Shown here piece by piece: positions 1-10,036 of a stretch of DNA of 64,000 nt. A program made the translations under genes and the position numbers. The stretch is taken from positions 384,001 through 448,000 of the forward strand of contig JBIJDH010000001.1 in assembly GCA_044344255.1 (NCBI GenBank), given 5' to 3'. The notes under the pieces are model-generated. The model ran no database searches. It saw nothing but the letters and a program-made list of their open reading frames with translations, and had not been told where the DNA came from. This stretch comes from Myxococcota bacterium (GTDB taxonomy: Bacteria; Myxococcota_A; UBA796; UBA2385). The number at the start of each line of letters is the position of its first letter. The first letter of the stretch is position 1.

Positions 1-1691
1 GCGATCTGAAGGGCCTCGCGCGCGCGCTCGGTGTGTCCGAGCCCCGCCTCCGCGCGCGCCAGCTTAGCGAGGGCCCACTCCGAGGTCGGGACGCGGAGGA
101 GGGCCGCCCGCGCCGCGGCCGCCGACGCGCTCGCCGCCGCCGCAGCCTGGGGCTCCCCCTCGGCGAGGAGGACCTCGTCCCAGCGCTGATCCGAGAGGGC
201 CAGATCTGCAGCGGGTGAGGCGAACAGCGAGCCCGGGGCGAGATCGTCGAGCAGGACCCCCACCGGCGTCAGGAGCGAGAGCGCCCCGAGGACGAGGCCC
301 GCGGCGAGCCAACCGCGCGGCGCGACAATCGCCGCGGGGCGCTCCACCGCGAACAGCACGCCTGCGAGCAGGGCCGCGAGGATCGCGAGGGCCCCAGCCC
401 GAAGCGGGAACTCGTACAGGCAGGCGGTGGCGAGCGCCGCGTAGGCGCCCACGAAGGCCGCCCCGAGGCTGCGCCGCCGACCCCGCGGCGTCGCCAGCAG
501 CCGCCTGATCGCCACCGCGGCCGGCGCGAGGCAGAGAAGGATCCACAGGCTCCCCACGATGAGGCCATGCTCCGCCAGCGCCTGCAACGGCTCCTGGTGC
601 GCGTGCTCGGTGAGCGAGAAGACCGGGCTCACCTTGACGACCTTCTCGGCCTCGCCGAAGCTCCCTTGCCCCACCCCGAGCAGAGGCGCTCCCTTGGCGA
701 GCGCCCAGGCGTCCGCCCAGAAGGAGTCGCGATCGCCGAAGACATCCGGGGTGGCCGCCGCGGGCAGGATGTGCAGCGTGAGCCACTCGGCGGCGGGGCG
801 GAGGCCCACCACCCCGACGCCGAGGCCGACGAGGCCGCCCAGCCCGCTGAGGCCGATCACCACCGGTCGCGGAGACGCCAGCAGCAACATCACGGAGAGG
901 CCCACCGCCGCCGCGATCAGCCCGCCCCGGCTCGTGGTGGTCCACAGGCCGAGCAGGAGCATCGCCAACGCCAGGGTCCAGCCGAGTCGGTAGGCGGCTT
1001 CGCCGCGGGTCAACAAGACCGCGGCCAGGGGCAGCGCGGTCGCGAGCAAGAAGGCAGCGTGGTTCGGGTTGACGAAGGGGCCGAAGAAGCCGCCCCCGAG
1101 GGAGGCGGGCACACCGCTCGACCAATAGATCGCCTCCGCCGCGCCGAAGCGCTGAGCCCACGCCAGCAGCACCACCGCCAAGGCGGTGACCACCACCGAG
1201 CCGGCGAGGCGGATCATCCGTCGGCGCGAGCGCACGGCGGTGGCGACCGCCGCGGCGAACAGCACGGCCGCCGCGGCCTCCCCGCTGGCGAGCAGGGCCG
1301 ACTGCGGGTGGAGCGCCAGGGGATGCCTCGCGCCCTCCTTCGCCAGGCCCAGCGCCTCCTCTACGACGCGGGCGACGCCGGGCTGGAGGGCGGCGCGGGT
1401 GGCCGCTGAGACGGGCACCAGCGCCACCAAGCCGGCCCCGACAGCGAAGAGCGCCGCGAAGAGGAGCCCGAGCTCCGCTCGACCGACGGAGGCGGAGCGC
1501 TCCCGCAGACCCGCCACGAGGCCGTACAGGCCCACGCTCACCGTGACGACCGCCAGGGCGGCGCGCGGCCAGGGGTGAACCGTGGCAAAGAGGGCCGTCG
1601 CGAGGGGCAGGGGCAGGAGCAACAGCCAGCCCACCACCCGCGCTTCGTCGCGTCGCGAATGGCCGTGTTCCGAATGCTCAGCGGCGTGCAT
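1..1691 (-). CDS. O-antigen ligase/Wzy_C family membrane protein, 3' end runs off the window
   Basis: Not in the ORF track (no stop in window). Manual translation from ATG 1691: MHAAEHSEHG..., hydrophobic segments, GFFGPFVNPNHAAFLL (~1050-1090) and TEHAHQEPLQALAEHG (~565-615), typical of the family. Confidence 0.8.
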   Translation of the reverse strand, partial: MHAAEHSEHGHSRRDEARVVGWLLLLPLPLATALFATVHPWPRAALAVVTVSVGLYGLVAGLRERSASVGRAELGLLFAALFAVGAGLVALVPVSAATRAALQPGVARVVEEALGLAKEGARHPLALHPQSALLASGEAAAAVLFAAAVATAVRSRRRMIRLAGSVVVTALAVVLLAWAQRFGAAEAIYWSSGVPASLGGGFFGPFVNPNHAAFLLATALPLAAVLLTRGEAAYRLGWTLALAMLLLGLWTTTSRGGLIAAAVGLSVMLLLASPRPVVIGLSGLGGLVGLGVGVVGLRPAAEWLTLHILPAAATPDVFGDRDSFWADAWALAKGAPLLGVGQGSFGEAEKVVKVSPVFSLTEHAHQEPLQALAEHGLIVGSLWILLCLAPAAVAIRRLLATPRGRRRSLGAAFVGAYAALATACLYEFPLRAGALAILAALLAGVLFAVERPAAIVAPRGWLAAGLVLGALSLLTPVGVLLDDLAPGSLFASPAADLALSDQRWDEVLLAEGEPQAAAAASASAAAARAALLRVPTSEWALAKLARAEAGLGHTERAREALQI

Positions 1692-1814
1692 GATCGGGGC
1701 CTGCCTGCGGAGGTGGCCGGGGTGGCCCTGGCGGGGCGCCGCGGCGGTTGGGCCGACCCGGGGGGGTGAGGTCACCCCGGACCCGTGTTACCCCTGCCCG
1801 GCTGGAGTTGATCA

Positions 1815-3986
1815 ATGGACTACCCCGGTCGGGTGGACGGCGCGAAAGGGCAGACGGAAGCCGTCCTGCTCCACTACTGGATGATCTTACGGAAGCGCAA
1901 GTTCGTTGTGCTCTTGTTTACGTTCTTCCTGATGAGCACAGTGCTGGTCGCCACGCTGTTGTCTACCCGCTACTACGCGGCGACGGCTGTGATCCAGATC
2001 AGCCCGAAGGCCCCCACGGTCGTCGAGATGGACGAGGTCACCGACGTGGTCCCGAGCAGCTCCTACCAGGAGCTGCAAAACTACTACGCGACCCAATACA
2101 AGATCATCCAGAGCCGCTCGGTGTTGGAGGCCACCCTCCAGTCTCTCCGAGAGAACCACCAGATCACCGACTTTGATGAGGCGCCGCGGCCCGTCGACGC
2201 CTTCCGAAAGGCGCTGATCATCGAGCCCGTCCCCCAGACCCACCTCGTCAACATCACCTTCGAGTACCCCGATCCCGCGAAGGCGGTGCTCTTCGCCGAC
2301 TCGCTGGCCGACGCCTACATCGAGACCAACCACGCCCGCGCCTTTCGCTCGGCCGAGGAGGCCTTGACTTGGCTCGAGACGAAGAGCCGCGAGCTCTCCG
2401 CCAGCGCCGTCGACGCCGACCAGAAGGTGCTCGACTACCGGCGCGAGCACGGCCTCGGCGGGATGGACGAACAGTACAACACCACCGTCACGCGGCTCCA
2501 CAAGCTGCAGGACGCCTGGAGCGCCGCCGCCACCGAGCGGAACCAGGCCGCCTCCGTCTACGGCGAGCTCTCCTCTCTGCTCACGCGGGCGCGCACCTCC
2601 AACGACTGGGATCCACTCACCCAGCATCTCTCTGTCGGGCGCCCCGCGCTCACTGACCTCCTCACCAGCCGCGACGACCTCACCCGCAAGAAGGAGGAGC
2701 TCTCGAAGCGCTACAAGGAGGGTTGGCCCGAGATGACCGAGCTTCAGGGCCAGATCGACAGCATCAACCGCCAGGTGCGCGACCAGGTGAGCTCGATCGT
2801 CGAGAGCAAGCGCGCAGAGCTCGATGTCTCCACGGGCCGCGAGCAGGGCCTCAAGTCCGAGCTCGACGGCGTGCGCAAGGAGGTCGACGAGCTCGACCAG
2901 AAGCTGATCGACCTCAAGTACCTGAAGTCACAGGCCTCTCGCGACGACACCTTCTACCAGAGCATCGCCAGCCGCCGGAACGAGGTGGCGCTCACAAAGG
3001 CGCTGCAGAACAACAACATCCAGGTGGTCGACCGCGCCGTCGCCTCCGACGATCCCGTCCGCCCCGTCCTGAGCGTGAACCTGGCGATGGCGCTGATCTT
3101 CGGCCTCTTCGGCGGCTGCGCCATGGCCTTCGCCATCGAGTACCTCGACTCCACCGTGAAGAGCCAGGAGGACCTCGAGGCCATCCTCGGCGTGCCGATG
3201 CTCGGCGTGGTGCCCGAGATCGACCCCGAGGACTCCCGCTCGCTCGCCTCCGACGTCGAGCGCTCGCTCTACGTCTTCGCGCGGCCCCGGTCCAACGTGG
3301 CCGAGCACATGCGCAGCATCCGCACCAACGTGATGTTCCGGGTGCCTCAGAAGAAGGTCCGCAAGCTGCTCATCACGAGCGCCACGCCGCGAGAGGGCAA
3401 GTCTTTCACCTCGGCCAACCTCGCCGCCATCATCGCGATGACCGGCAACCGGGTGCTGCTCATCGACGCCGACCTTCGGCGCCCGGCCATGCACAAGCGC
3501 TTCGGCCTCTCCAACGACATCGGCCTCGCCTCGGTGCTCTCGGGCGACGAGACCTTCAAGTCCGTGGTCCAGCACAGCCACATCCCCGACCTCGACATCA
3601 TGGTGGCCGGCCCCCCGCCGCCGAACCCCGGCGAGCTGCTCGGCGGCAGCGACATGGAGCGGATCATCGAGAGCATTGAAGGATACGACTTCATCCTCAT
3701 CGACTCCCCGCCCGTGACCGTCGTGGCTGACCCGCTCGTCCTCTCGAGCCTCGTCGACGGCGTCCTCGTGGTGGTGGAGGCCAATCGTACGAACCGCCAC
3801 ATCGTCACGCTCGCCAACACCAAGCTGCGGGAGATGAAGGCCAACGTCATCGGCGCCATCATCAACAAGCTCAGCAACCGCGCCTCGAGCAACGGCTACG
3901 GCTACGGCTACAACTACTACACCTACGGCTACTACTACGCCGAGTCGGAGGACGGCAGCGCCGACGGCCTGCCGCCTCGGTCCTGA
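1815..3986 (+). CDS. wzc: Polysaccharide co-polymerase / tyrosine autokinase (Wzc/GumC)
   Basis: Two TM segments around a coiled-coil periplasmic region; Walker A SATPREGKS, A' LLIDADLRRP, B ILIDSPP; C-terminal Tyr cluster GYGYGYNYYTYGYYY. Confidence 0.95.
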   Translation: MDYPGRVDGAKGQTEAVLLHYWMILRKRKFVVLLFTFFLMSTVLVATLLSTRYYAATAVIQISPKAPTVVEMDEVTDVVPSSSYQELQNYYATQYKIIQSRSVLEATLQSLRENHQITDFDEAPRPVDAFRKALIIEPVPQTHLVNITFEYPDPAKAVLFADSLADAYIETNHARAFRSAEEALTWLETKSRELSASAVDADQKVLDYRREHGLGGMDEQYNTTVTRLHKLQDAWSAAATERNQAASVYGELSSLLTRARTSNDWDPLTQHLSVGRPALTDLLTSRDDLTRKKEELSKRYKEGWPEMTELQGQIDSINRQVRDQVSSIVESKRAELDVSTGREQGLKSELDGVRKEVDELDQKLIDLKYLKSQASRDDTFYQSIASRRNEVALTKALQNNNIQVVDRAVASDDPVRPVLSVNLAMALIFGLFGGCAMAFAIEYLDSTVKSQEDLEAILGVPMLGVVPEIDPEDSRSLASDVERSLYVFARPRSNVAEHMRSIRTNVMFRVPQKKVRKLLITSATPREGKSFTSANLAAIIAMTGNRVLLIDADLRRPAMHKRFGLSNDIGLASVLSGDETFKSVVQHSHIPDLDIMVAGPPPPNPGELLGGSDMERIIESIEGYDFILIDSPPVTVVADPLVLSSLVDGVLVVVEANRTNRHIVTLANTKLREMKANVIGAIINKLSNRASSNGYGYGYNYYTYGYYYAESEDGSADGLPPRS

Positions 3987-5485
3987 GCCGCGCCCATCGT
4001 CGGGCCCGCCTTCAGCTTCGTCGGGCCGACCTTCAGTGACGGGGGGCTCAGCGGCCCTCGGCGCGGGGTGACGAGGCCGTCGCGGACGAGCTGCTGGTAC
4101 TCGGCGAACATCACGCCGGCCATCGCCCAGAAGAACCAGCCGAGCGTCGCCCGGTTGATGAAGGAGTTGCTGACGAGGTTCGCGGTGGTGGCGGCCACGC
4201 ACAGCGCGGCGGCGAAGGCGCCGAGCTGCCGAGACCAGGCGTCTGGGGAGCGCTTGAAGACGATCCAGCCGCAGCGCAGCACCTGGAGCTGCATCACGAT
4301 GTAGCTGAGGGTGGCGAGCGGCCCCACCTGGAAGGTCATGGTGAGGTAGTCGCTGTGGGTGTCGACGGTCCCGCCCTTTCGCAGGACGAAGGGGTTGAAG
4401 GCCTCGCGAGTGAGCAGCCAGTGCTTGCCGATGCCGAGGCCGAGCAGGATGTCGCCGAGCGGGTAGCTCAGGTACTCGCCGATCGAGGCCGTCCAGATGC
4501 CCATTCGCCCCGAGCCGAGCTTCTCCCGGCTCATCACCGACTCGTCCGGCGCGAAGAAGAGCACGAGGTCCTTGAACCGATCCTGGAGGTCGGGCGTGGC
4601 CACCATCACCACCAGCCCGGCGAGCCCCGCGACGGCGAGCAGCCCGCGGCGGCCGCTGAGCGCGAGCAGGGAGACGAGGAAGACCGCCAGCGCCAGCAAG
4701 GCGGTGCGGACGTAGGTCTGGTAGAGGCAGAGCACCGCCAGCCCGGCGAGGAGCCCGAGGCCGAGCCGATGGCTCCATCGTTTCACGGCCAGGGTCCACC
4801 AGATGAGGAAGGCGCTGAACACCAGCATCATGAGCGCGTGGTTGTGCAGGTTCTCGTAGCCACCCAGCAGGCGCTTGTAGCCCTGCAACATGAAGGCGGA
4901 GCCATGCCCCGTCACGAGGTGGTGCACCGACACCCCGACCGGGATGAGGCTGGTGGCGGCGATGACCTTGGCGAAGCGCACCCGCTCGGCCCGCTCGGTG
5001 TAGTAGGCCGAGACGAGCAGGGTCATCAGCAGGGGGTTGATGTACCGCGCCATGATCTCTGCGGCGGAGCGGAGCTCTAGGTTGCGCAGCCCCCCGATGA
5101 GCAGCACCGCGACGTAGGGCAGCAGCGCCGGGGTGCAGGGGTGGTTCTGCACCCGCCGGAGGTCGAGCACGACCAGCACCGCGGCCATCGCCGTGACGGC
5201 CCCGGTGTAGATCTCCATCAGGTTCAGGCTGCCGAAATTCCCAGGCAGCCACCAGAGGAGGTCCAGGACGAGGCGACCCGCGAAGAAGGTGAGCAGGGCC
5301 TCCTTCGGCCGGCCGAAGAAGTAGCCGACCATCAGCAGGCCGCCGATCCCGGCTACCTGGGCCTTCACCGGCAGCTTGAGCACCGCGACGGTCAGGAAGA
5401 GGATGAGCCCCGCGGCGATGAGCGGCATCAGCCGAAGCCAGAACGGTCGCTCGTCGACGCCGCCCGACCACGCGGAGCGGATCAT
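3935..5485 (-). CDS. O-antigen ligase / Wzy-like polymerase
   Basis: Polytopic membrane protein; RLLGGYENLHNHA, TYVRTA, GSGRMGIW, GLGIG, THSDYL. Start uncertain (5428-5575). Confidence 0.85.
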   Translation of the reverse strand: MIRSAWSGGVDERPFWLRLMPLIAAGLILFLTVAVLKLPVKAQVAGIGGLLMVGYFFGRPKEALLTFFAGRLVLDLLWWLPGNFGSLNLMEIYTGAVTAMAAVLVVLDLRRVQNHPCTPALLPYVAVLLIGGLRNLELRSAAEIMARYINPLLMTLLVSAYYTERAERVRFAKVIAATSLIPVGVSVHHLVTGHGSAFMLQGYKRLLGGYENLHNHALMMLVFSAFLIWWTLAVKRWSHRLGLGLLAGLAVLCLYQTYVRTALLALAVFLVSLLALSGRRGLLAVAGLAGLVVMVATPDLQDRFKDLVLFFAPDESVMSREKLGSGRMGIWTASIGEYLSYPLGDILLGLGIGKHWLLTREAFNPFVLRKGGTVDTHSDYLTMTFQVGPLATLSYIVMQLQVLRCGWIVFKRSPDAWSRQLGAFAAALCVAATTANLVSNSFINRATLGWFFWAMAGVMFAEYQQLVRDGLVTPRRGPLSPPSLKVGPTKLKAGPTMGAAQDRGGRPSALPSSDSA

Positions 5486-5715
5486 CCTCCGCAGGCGCTC
5501 CCCAGTGGGCGTGGACCGACGGAGGGCGGGGGCGGGCTCGAGCTCGGCCAAGGCGATGCGTCCTCTCCCTCTCATCGCCTGTCCGCGGGCCGGTGGCCAC
5601 CCGATGGGCGGGCGCCGGTCGGCCGGGGGTTCAAGGCCACGGGCGCAAGCCGCCGAAAGCGAGCGCGGGCCGATCGGCCCCGCGCGCGGTTAGGCTGGGC
5701 CCGAAGGACGGGCGC

Positions 5716-6591
5716 ATGATCTCAGGGTCGACACTTCGATGGTCGGGGCGGTGGTTGGGCCGTCTGGCCCCTCGCCTCGCGCATGCTCTCCTGGCCGTCC
5801 TCGTGATGTGGGGCTTGGCGGCGGTGCTCGCCCTCCCGGCGTCGGCGGCCGCCGAGGGGGCGCAAGCCTACCGGATGGGCCCCGGTGACGTCGTCAAGAT
5901 CTCGGTCTACGGAGAAGAGAGCCTGGGCGGCAGCTTCAAGGTGAAGGAGGGCGGCACGATCGACCTCCCCTTGATCGGCCGCATCGAGGTGCTCGGGCTC
6001 AGCCCCGATGAGCTCGACCTCGCGCTCACGAGTCGCCTCGGCCAGGACCTCCTCGTCAACCCGCAGGTCACCGTCGAGGTCGCGACCTACGCGAGCCGGC
6101 CGGTGCAGGTGCTGGGCGCGGTGCGCACGCCCGGCATCTACTACCTGAACGGCCCCACCACCCTGCTCGACATCCTCGCCCAGGCCGGCGGCGTGCTGAA
6201 CGAGAAGAGCAGCCAGGAGCTGCAGGTCAAGCGCGGCGCCTCCACCACCGCTGAGCCCTTCCGGATTGACCTCCCCGCCCTGCTCACCCAGGGCGAGGGC
6301 AACCTCTCCCTAGAGTCGGGCGACGTCGTGCTCGTCAAGGAGGGCGAGTTCATCTATGTGAGCGGCGATGTGTCGAAGCCGGGCCCCGTGGTGTGGCGCA
6401 ATGGCATCTCCCTCTCCCAGGCCATCGCGGCGGCGGGCGGCGCGAACCGGACGGCCAACCTCCGCAAGATCACGCTGCTCCGGAGCGGTCGGCCCACCCG
6501 CGTCAACCTGAAGTCGGTGCTCAAGGGCACGATCGCAGACCCCCCGCTCACGCCGGGAGATCAGGTCGTGGTCGGGGAGTCGGTGTTCTGA
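5716..6591 (+). CDS. wza: Polysaccharide export protein (Wza/Poly_export + SLBB)
   Basis: YRMGPGDVVKISVYG, GTIDLPLIG, NPQVTV, VLGAVRTPG, LLDILAQAGG; SLBB-like repeats. Start uncertain. Confidence 0.92.
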   Translation: MISGSTLRWSGRWLGRLAPRLAHALLAVLVMWGLAAVLALPASAAAEGAQAYRMGPGDVVKISVYGEESLGGSFKVKEGGTIDLPLIGRIEVLGLSPDELDLALTSRLGQDLLVNPQVTVEVATYASRPVQVLGAVRTPGIYYLNGPTTLLDILAQAGGVLNEKSSQELQVKRGASTTAEPFRIDLPALLTQGEGNLSLESGDVVLVKEGEFIYVSGDVSKPGPVVWRNGISLSQAIAAAGGANRTANLRKITLLRSGRPTRVNLKSVLKGTIADPPLTPGDQVVVGESVF

Positions 6592-6605
6592 GCCCGGTGT
6601 TCTGA
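6581..6605 (+). repeat. Direct duplication CGGTGTTCTGA x2 (period 14) spanning the wza stop
   Basis: CGGTGTTCTGA gcc CGGTGTTCTGA read directly. Confidence 0.85.
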
Positions 6606-6665
6606 CAATGGGGGATCAGCGGGCGACGGCCGGGTCTGGTAGGATCGCCGCGCCCCGGAGCCCCC

Positions 6666-8729
6666 ATGCGCACACCCCTCTTGCTCGCCCCCTTCCTCAG
6701 CTTCATCCTCGCTTGTGGCGATAAGGAGGAGGCCGGCAGCGGCGACGAAGGCGGCGGCGGCGGGACCGACAGCGGCCAGACCGGGGAGTGTGACAAGTCC
6801 GTCGACTTTGACTGCGACGGCGCCGCCGACGACGATGACTGCGCCCCGGACGACCCCTACACCTACCCGGGCGCCACCGAGATCCCCTACGACGAGAAGG
6901 ACAATGACTGCGCCGGCGACGGAGACCTCGTCGATGTAGACGGCGACGGCTTCATCGGCGAGAGCGCGGGCGGTGACGACTGCAACGACGGCAACCCCGA
7001 GATCCACCCCGGCAGCGCGGAGGTCTGCTACGACGGGATCGACCAGGACTGCGACGGGCTGCCGGTCGACAACGACTCCGAGACGAACGACTGCGACGGC
7101 GACGGCCACGAGGGCCGCGGCACCTCGGCGACGGACTGTGACGACGAGGACCCTGCCGTCAACCCCGACGCCGACGAGATCTGGTACGACGGGATCGATC
7201 AAGACTGCGACGTCTCCTCGGACTACGACCAGGACGGCGACGGGGAGGACAGCGACGACTATGGCGGCCTCGACTGCGACGACATCGACGCCGAGACGCT
7301 GTCGACCGCGCTCGAGCGCCTCGACGGCGTCGACCGCAACTGTGACGGCCTCATCGACGAGCTCACCACCTACGACGCGGTCTCCTCCTGGTTCGGCAAC
7401 GCCGCCTCGAGCGACGGCCTCTTCGGCTTCGCCTTCGCCCCCCTCGATGACTACGACGGCGACGGCCTGGTCGAGGTCGGCGTCGGCGGGCCCCTCTCGG
7501 GGAGCGACAGCTCCTGCGACTCGGACTCCACCGCCTGCGGCGGCTGGGTCAGCGTGATGAGCGTGGGCGTCGAGGACGGCATCCCCGCCGAGGTCGCCCT
7601 CTCGCACGTCGAGGGCCGCCGCGCGGTGCTCTCCACCGCCGGGGACTGGCTCGGCTTCGACCTCGCCAACCTCGGCGATCTCGACGGGGACGGCTGGTCC
7701 GAGCTGGCGGTCGGCGCCCCCACCGGCACCGACGACGCCCACCCGGGCGCGATCTACCTCTTCTCCGGCGCCGACCTCGCCGCCGGAGACGTCGCCCACA
7801 CCGACGCCCTCACCACCGTGACCGGCGAGGACTACCTCGGCCTCGACGTCGGCCGGATGGGGGATCTCGACGGGGACGGCCTCTCCGAGCTCGTCGGCGG
7901 CGCCACCGACCCCGTCTACGGCTCCGCCTCCGGCCTCCAGCAGTGGCTCGGCGTCTGGGACGGCGCGACGCTCGACGCCGGAGGCGAGCTCAGCGAGGCC
8001 GACGCCCTCGCCCGCCTCAGCGCCGGCGCGATCGGCGGCACCAGCCTCGGCGGGCAGGACTGGGACGGCGACGGCGCGCCCGACCTCATCGTCTCGGCCA
8101 ACACCGGCGGCAACGGCTACCTCCTCCTCGTCCCCTCCACCGACCTCAGCGGCGGGGCCGAGCTCTCCGCCGCGGACTACCCCCAGGTCGGCGGTGGGAC
8201 CGACGCCGAGCTCGGCGCCCGCCTCTCCGACCAGGGAGACCTCGACGGAGACGGCTACCCCGAGCTCGCCGTCGGGGCGCCCGGGGTGACCACCGACGAC
8301 GAGGGGGGCGGCGAGGTCTATGTCCTGCCCGCCTCCGCGCTCAGCGCCGAGGGCACCGCTGCCGACCTCGCCACCTTCACGGTCCGCGGCGTGCTGCCCT
8401 TCGGCCGCCTCACCGTGACGGGCGACCGTGGCGGAGACGTAGACGGGGACGGCCTCTCCGAGCTGCTCGTCTCCCACGTGGGCGGCTCCTCCTCCGCCGT
8501 CGTCCGCGGCACCAGCTACCTCTTCTTCGGGCCCACCGTCGCCGCGGGGGGCACCGTGGAGGCCGACAGCGGCGAGGCCAGCTTCCCGACCCGCACCGAC
8601 GACGATCAGTACGGCTTCGCCGGCCTCTTCTGGGACGTCGACGGTGACGGCGACGACGACCTCACCATCGGCGCCCCCTACTACCAGAACGTCGGCTCCG
8701 CCCTGGCCTTCCGCTCGGACTTCCCGTGA
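6666..8729 (+). CDS. Lipoprotein with Cys/Asp-rich putative metal-binding (MopE-type) repeats and FG-GAP/integrin-alpha beta-propeller
   Basis: Lipobox FILAC; repeats such as DCNDGNPEIHPGSAEVCYDGIDQDCDG; about 6-7 GDLDGDGxxELAVGAP-type FG-GAP repeats. Confidence 0.9.
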   Translation: MRTPLLLAPFLSFILACGDKEEAGSGDEGGGGGTDSGQTGECDKSVDFDCDGAADDDDCAPDDPYTYPGATEIPYDEKDNDCAGDGDLVDVDGDGFIGESAGGDDCNDGNPEIHPGSAEVCYDGIDQDCDGLPVDNDSETNDCDGDGHEGRGTSATDCDDEDPAVNPDADEIWYDGIDQDCDVSSDYDQDGDGEDSDDYGGLDCDDIDAETLSTALERLDGVDRNCDGLIDELTTYDAVSSWFGNAASSDGLFGFAFAPLDDYDGDGLVEVGVGGPLSGSDSSCDSDSTACGGWVSVMSVGVEDGIPAEVALSHVEGRRAVLSTAGDWLGFDLANLGDLDGDGWSELAVGAPTGTDDAHPGAIYLFSGADLAAGDVAHTDALTTVTGEDYLGLDVGRMGDLDGDGLSELVGGATDPVYGSASGLQQWLGVWDGATLDAGGELSEADALARLSAGAIGGTSLGGQDWDGDGAPDLIVSANTGGNGYLLLVPSTDLSGGAELSAADYPQVGGGTDAELGARLSDQGDLDGDGYPELAVGAPGVTTDDEGGGEVYVLPASALSAEGTAADLATFTVRGVLPFGRLTVTGDRGGDVDGDGLSELLVSHVGGSSSAVVRGTSYLFFGPTVAAGGTVEADSGEASFPTRTDDDQYGFAGLFWDVDGDGDDDLTIGAPYYQNVGSALAFRSDFP

Positions 8730-10036
8730 TCGCCCTGCTCGGGCTGCTGACGGCCACCGCCTGGGCCAACGGTCAGACCGTCCACGTCTGGATCACCCGC
8801 GCCGCCCTCGCCGATCTGCCCCCGGGCGAGATGGCCGATCTGCTGCGCCGCGCCGACCTCGAGCCGATGATCGTCCACGGGACGATGTTCCCCGACGGCG
8901 GCTACCCGCTCGGCCACCCCTACGCCGAGACCGCACACTGGGAGCCCTTCCAGATGCGCTACCTCGAGTGGATCCAGGCCCACTACGAGCCGCCCTGGAC
9001 CGACGAGGCCGCGCAGCACATCGCCTTCCTCTTCGGCATGGCCAGCCACGGCATGGCCGATCAGTCCCATGACGCCTGGCTCTTCGACTGGTCGCAGACC
9101 TACGACGCCGAGGCCGGCTGGGCCGACGGTTACGGCCTCGACGAGGCCAACGACTTTGTCTGGGCCGGCAACATCGAGCCCTCGACCTTCCCCGCGCGAT
9201 GGATCCCCGACACCGTCTTCGTCGAGCTCTTCGCCGACCTCGGGGTGGAGGTGGACGTCGAGACCCTCAACCAGGGCCAGGGCCTGCTCGAGCTGGCGAT
9301 CGAGCTCGTGGCGCTCGGCTCCCAGAACCCGGACACCGTGGACAAGTACGCGGCCCGCTTCCCCTGGGGCTGCAGTCACATCCTCGACGTCGAGACGCCG
9401 GGCAACCCCGAGTTCGAGGCGGACACCCTCGAGCTCTACTGGGGCGACCTCTGGGCCCGGCTCCACGACACCGACGGGCCGGTGGGCCTCCTGCGCACCT
9501 GGCCCGATGAGGGCGGCCACAAGGCCGTCCGCGACCACACGGCCCTCGAGGCGAGGGTCTCCCTCGTCTTCAGCCGGGGCCTGATCGACGCGGAGGTCTA
9601 CCCCGAGCGCTTCACCGTGACGGACCGCGCAGGGCACGCCTACGCCTTCGACACTCGGCTGTTCTACGGGGACAATTCCCACATCGTCCACCTCATCCCC
9701 ACCGAGGACTGGGCGGCCGACGAGGACTTCACGGTGACCGCGAAGGCGGGGCTGCCCGCTCGGGACGACACCGAGCTCGCCCGGGACGTGCTCTTTCACT
9801 TCACCACCCGCGAGCCGCCGCCCGCCGCCGACGGCGACACCGGGGCTACGTCGGGGGCCGGGGACTCCCCCGAGGCGCCCCCCGAGGCCGACAAGGGCGG
9901 CTGCGGCTGCTCCAGCGCCCAGGCGGGGCCGCACGGTTGGACGTTCTCGCCGGCGCTCGCCCTCGGCCTCCTCGGGGCCGCGGCCCGCCGTCGCGGTGCC
10001 CCCCGGTCGCGCCGGTTCAGCCCTCCTCGGGGTTGA
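8726..10036 (+). CDS. Zn-dependent phospholipase C-family (GPI-PLD-like) domain + Ig-like domain + MYXO-CTERM-like anchor
   Basis: Signal peptide ending AWA; NGQTVH, GTMFPD, ETAHWEPF, AFLFGMASHGMAD; Big_5-like beta region ending FHFTT; GGCGCSS-hydrophobic-RRR tail; GTGA overlap with upstream gene. Confidence 0.82.
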   Translation: MIALLGLLTATAWANGQTVHVWITRAALADLPPGEMADLLRRADLEPMIVHGTMFPDGGYPLGHPYAETAHWEPFQMRYLEWIQAHYEPPWTDEAAQHIAFLFGMASHGMADQSHDAWLFDWSQTYDAEAGWADGYGLDEANDFVWAGNIEPSTFPARWIPDTVFVELFADLGVEVDVETLNQGQGLLELAIELVALGSQNPDTVDKYAARFPWGCSHILDVETPGNPEFEADTLELYWGDLWARLHDTDGPVGLLRTWPDEGGHKAVRDHTALEARVSLVFSRGLIDAEVYPERFTVTDRAGHAYAFDTRLFYGDNSHIVHLIPTEDWAADEDFTVTAKAGLPARDDTELARDVLFHFTTREPPPAADGDTGATSGAGDSPEAPPEADKGGCGCSSAQAGPHGWTFSPALALGLLGAAARRRGAPRSRRFSPPRG

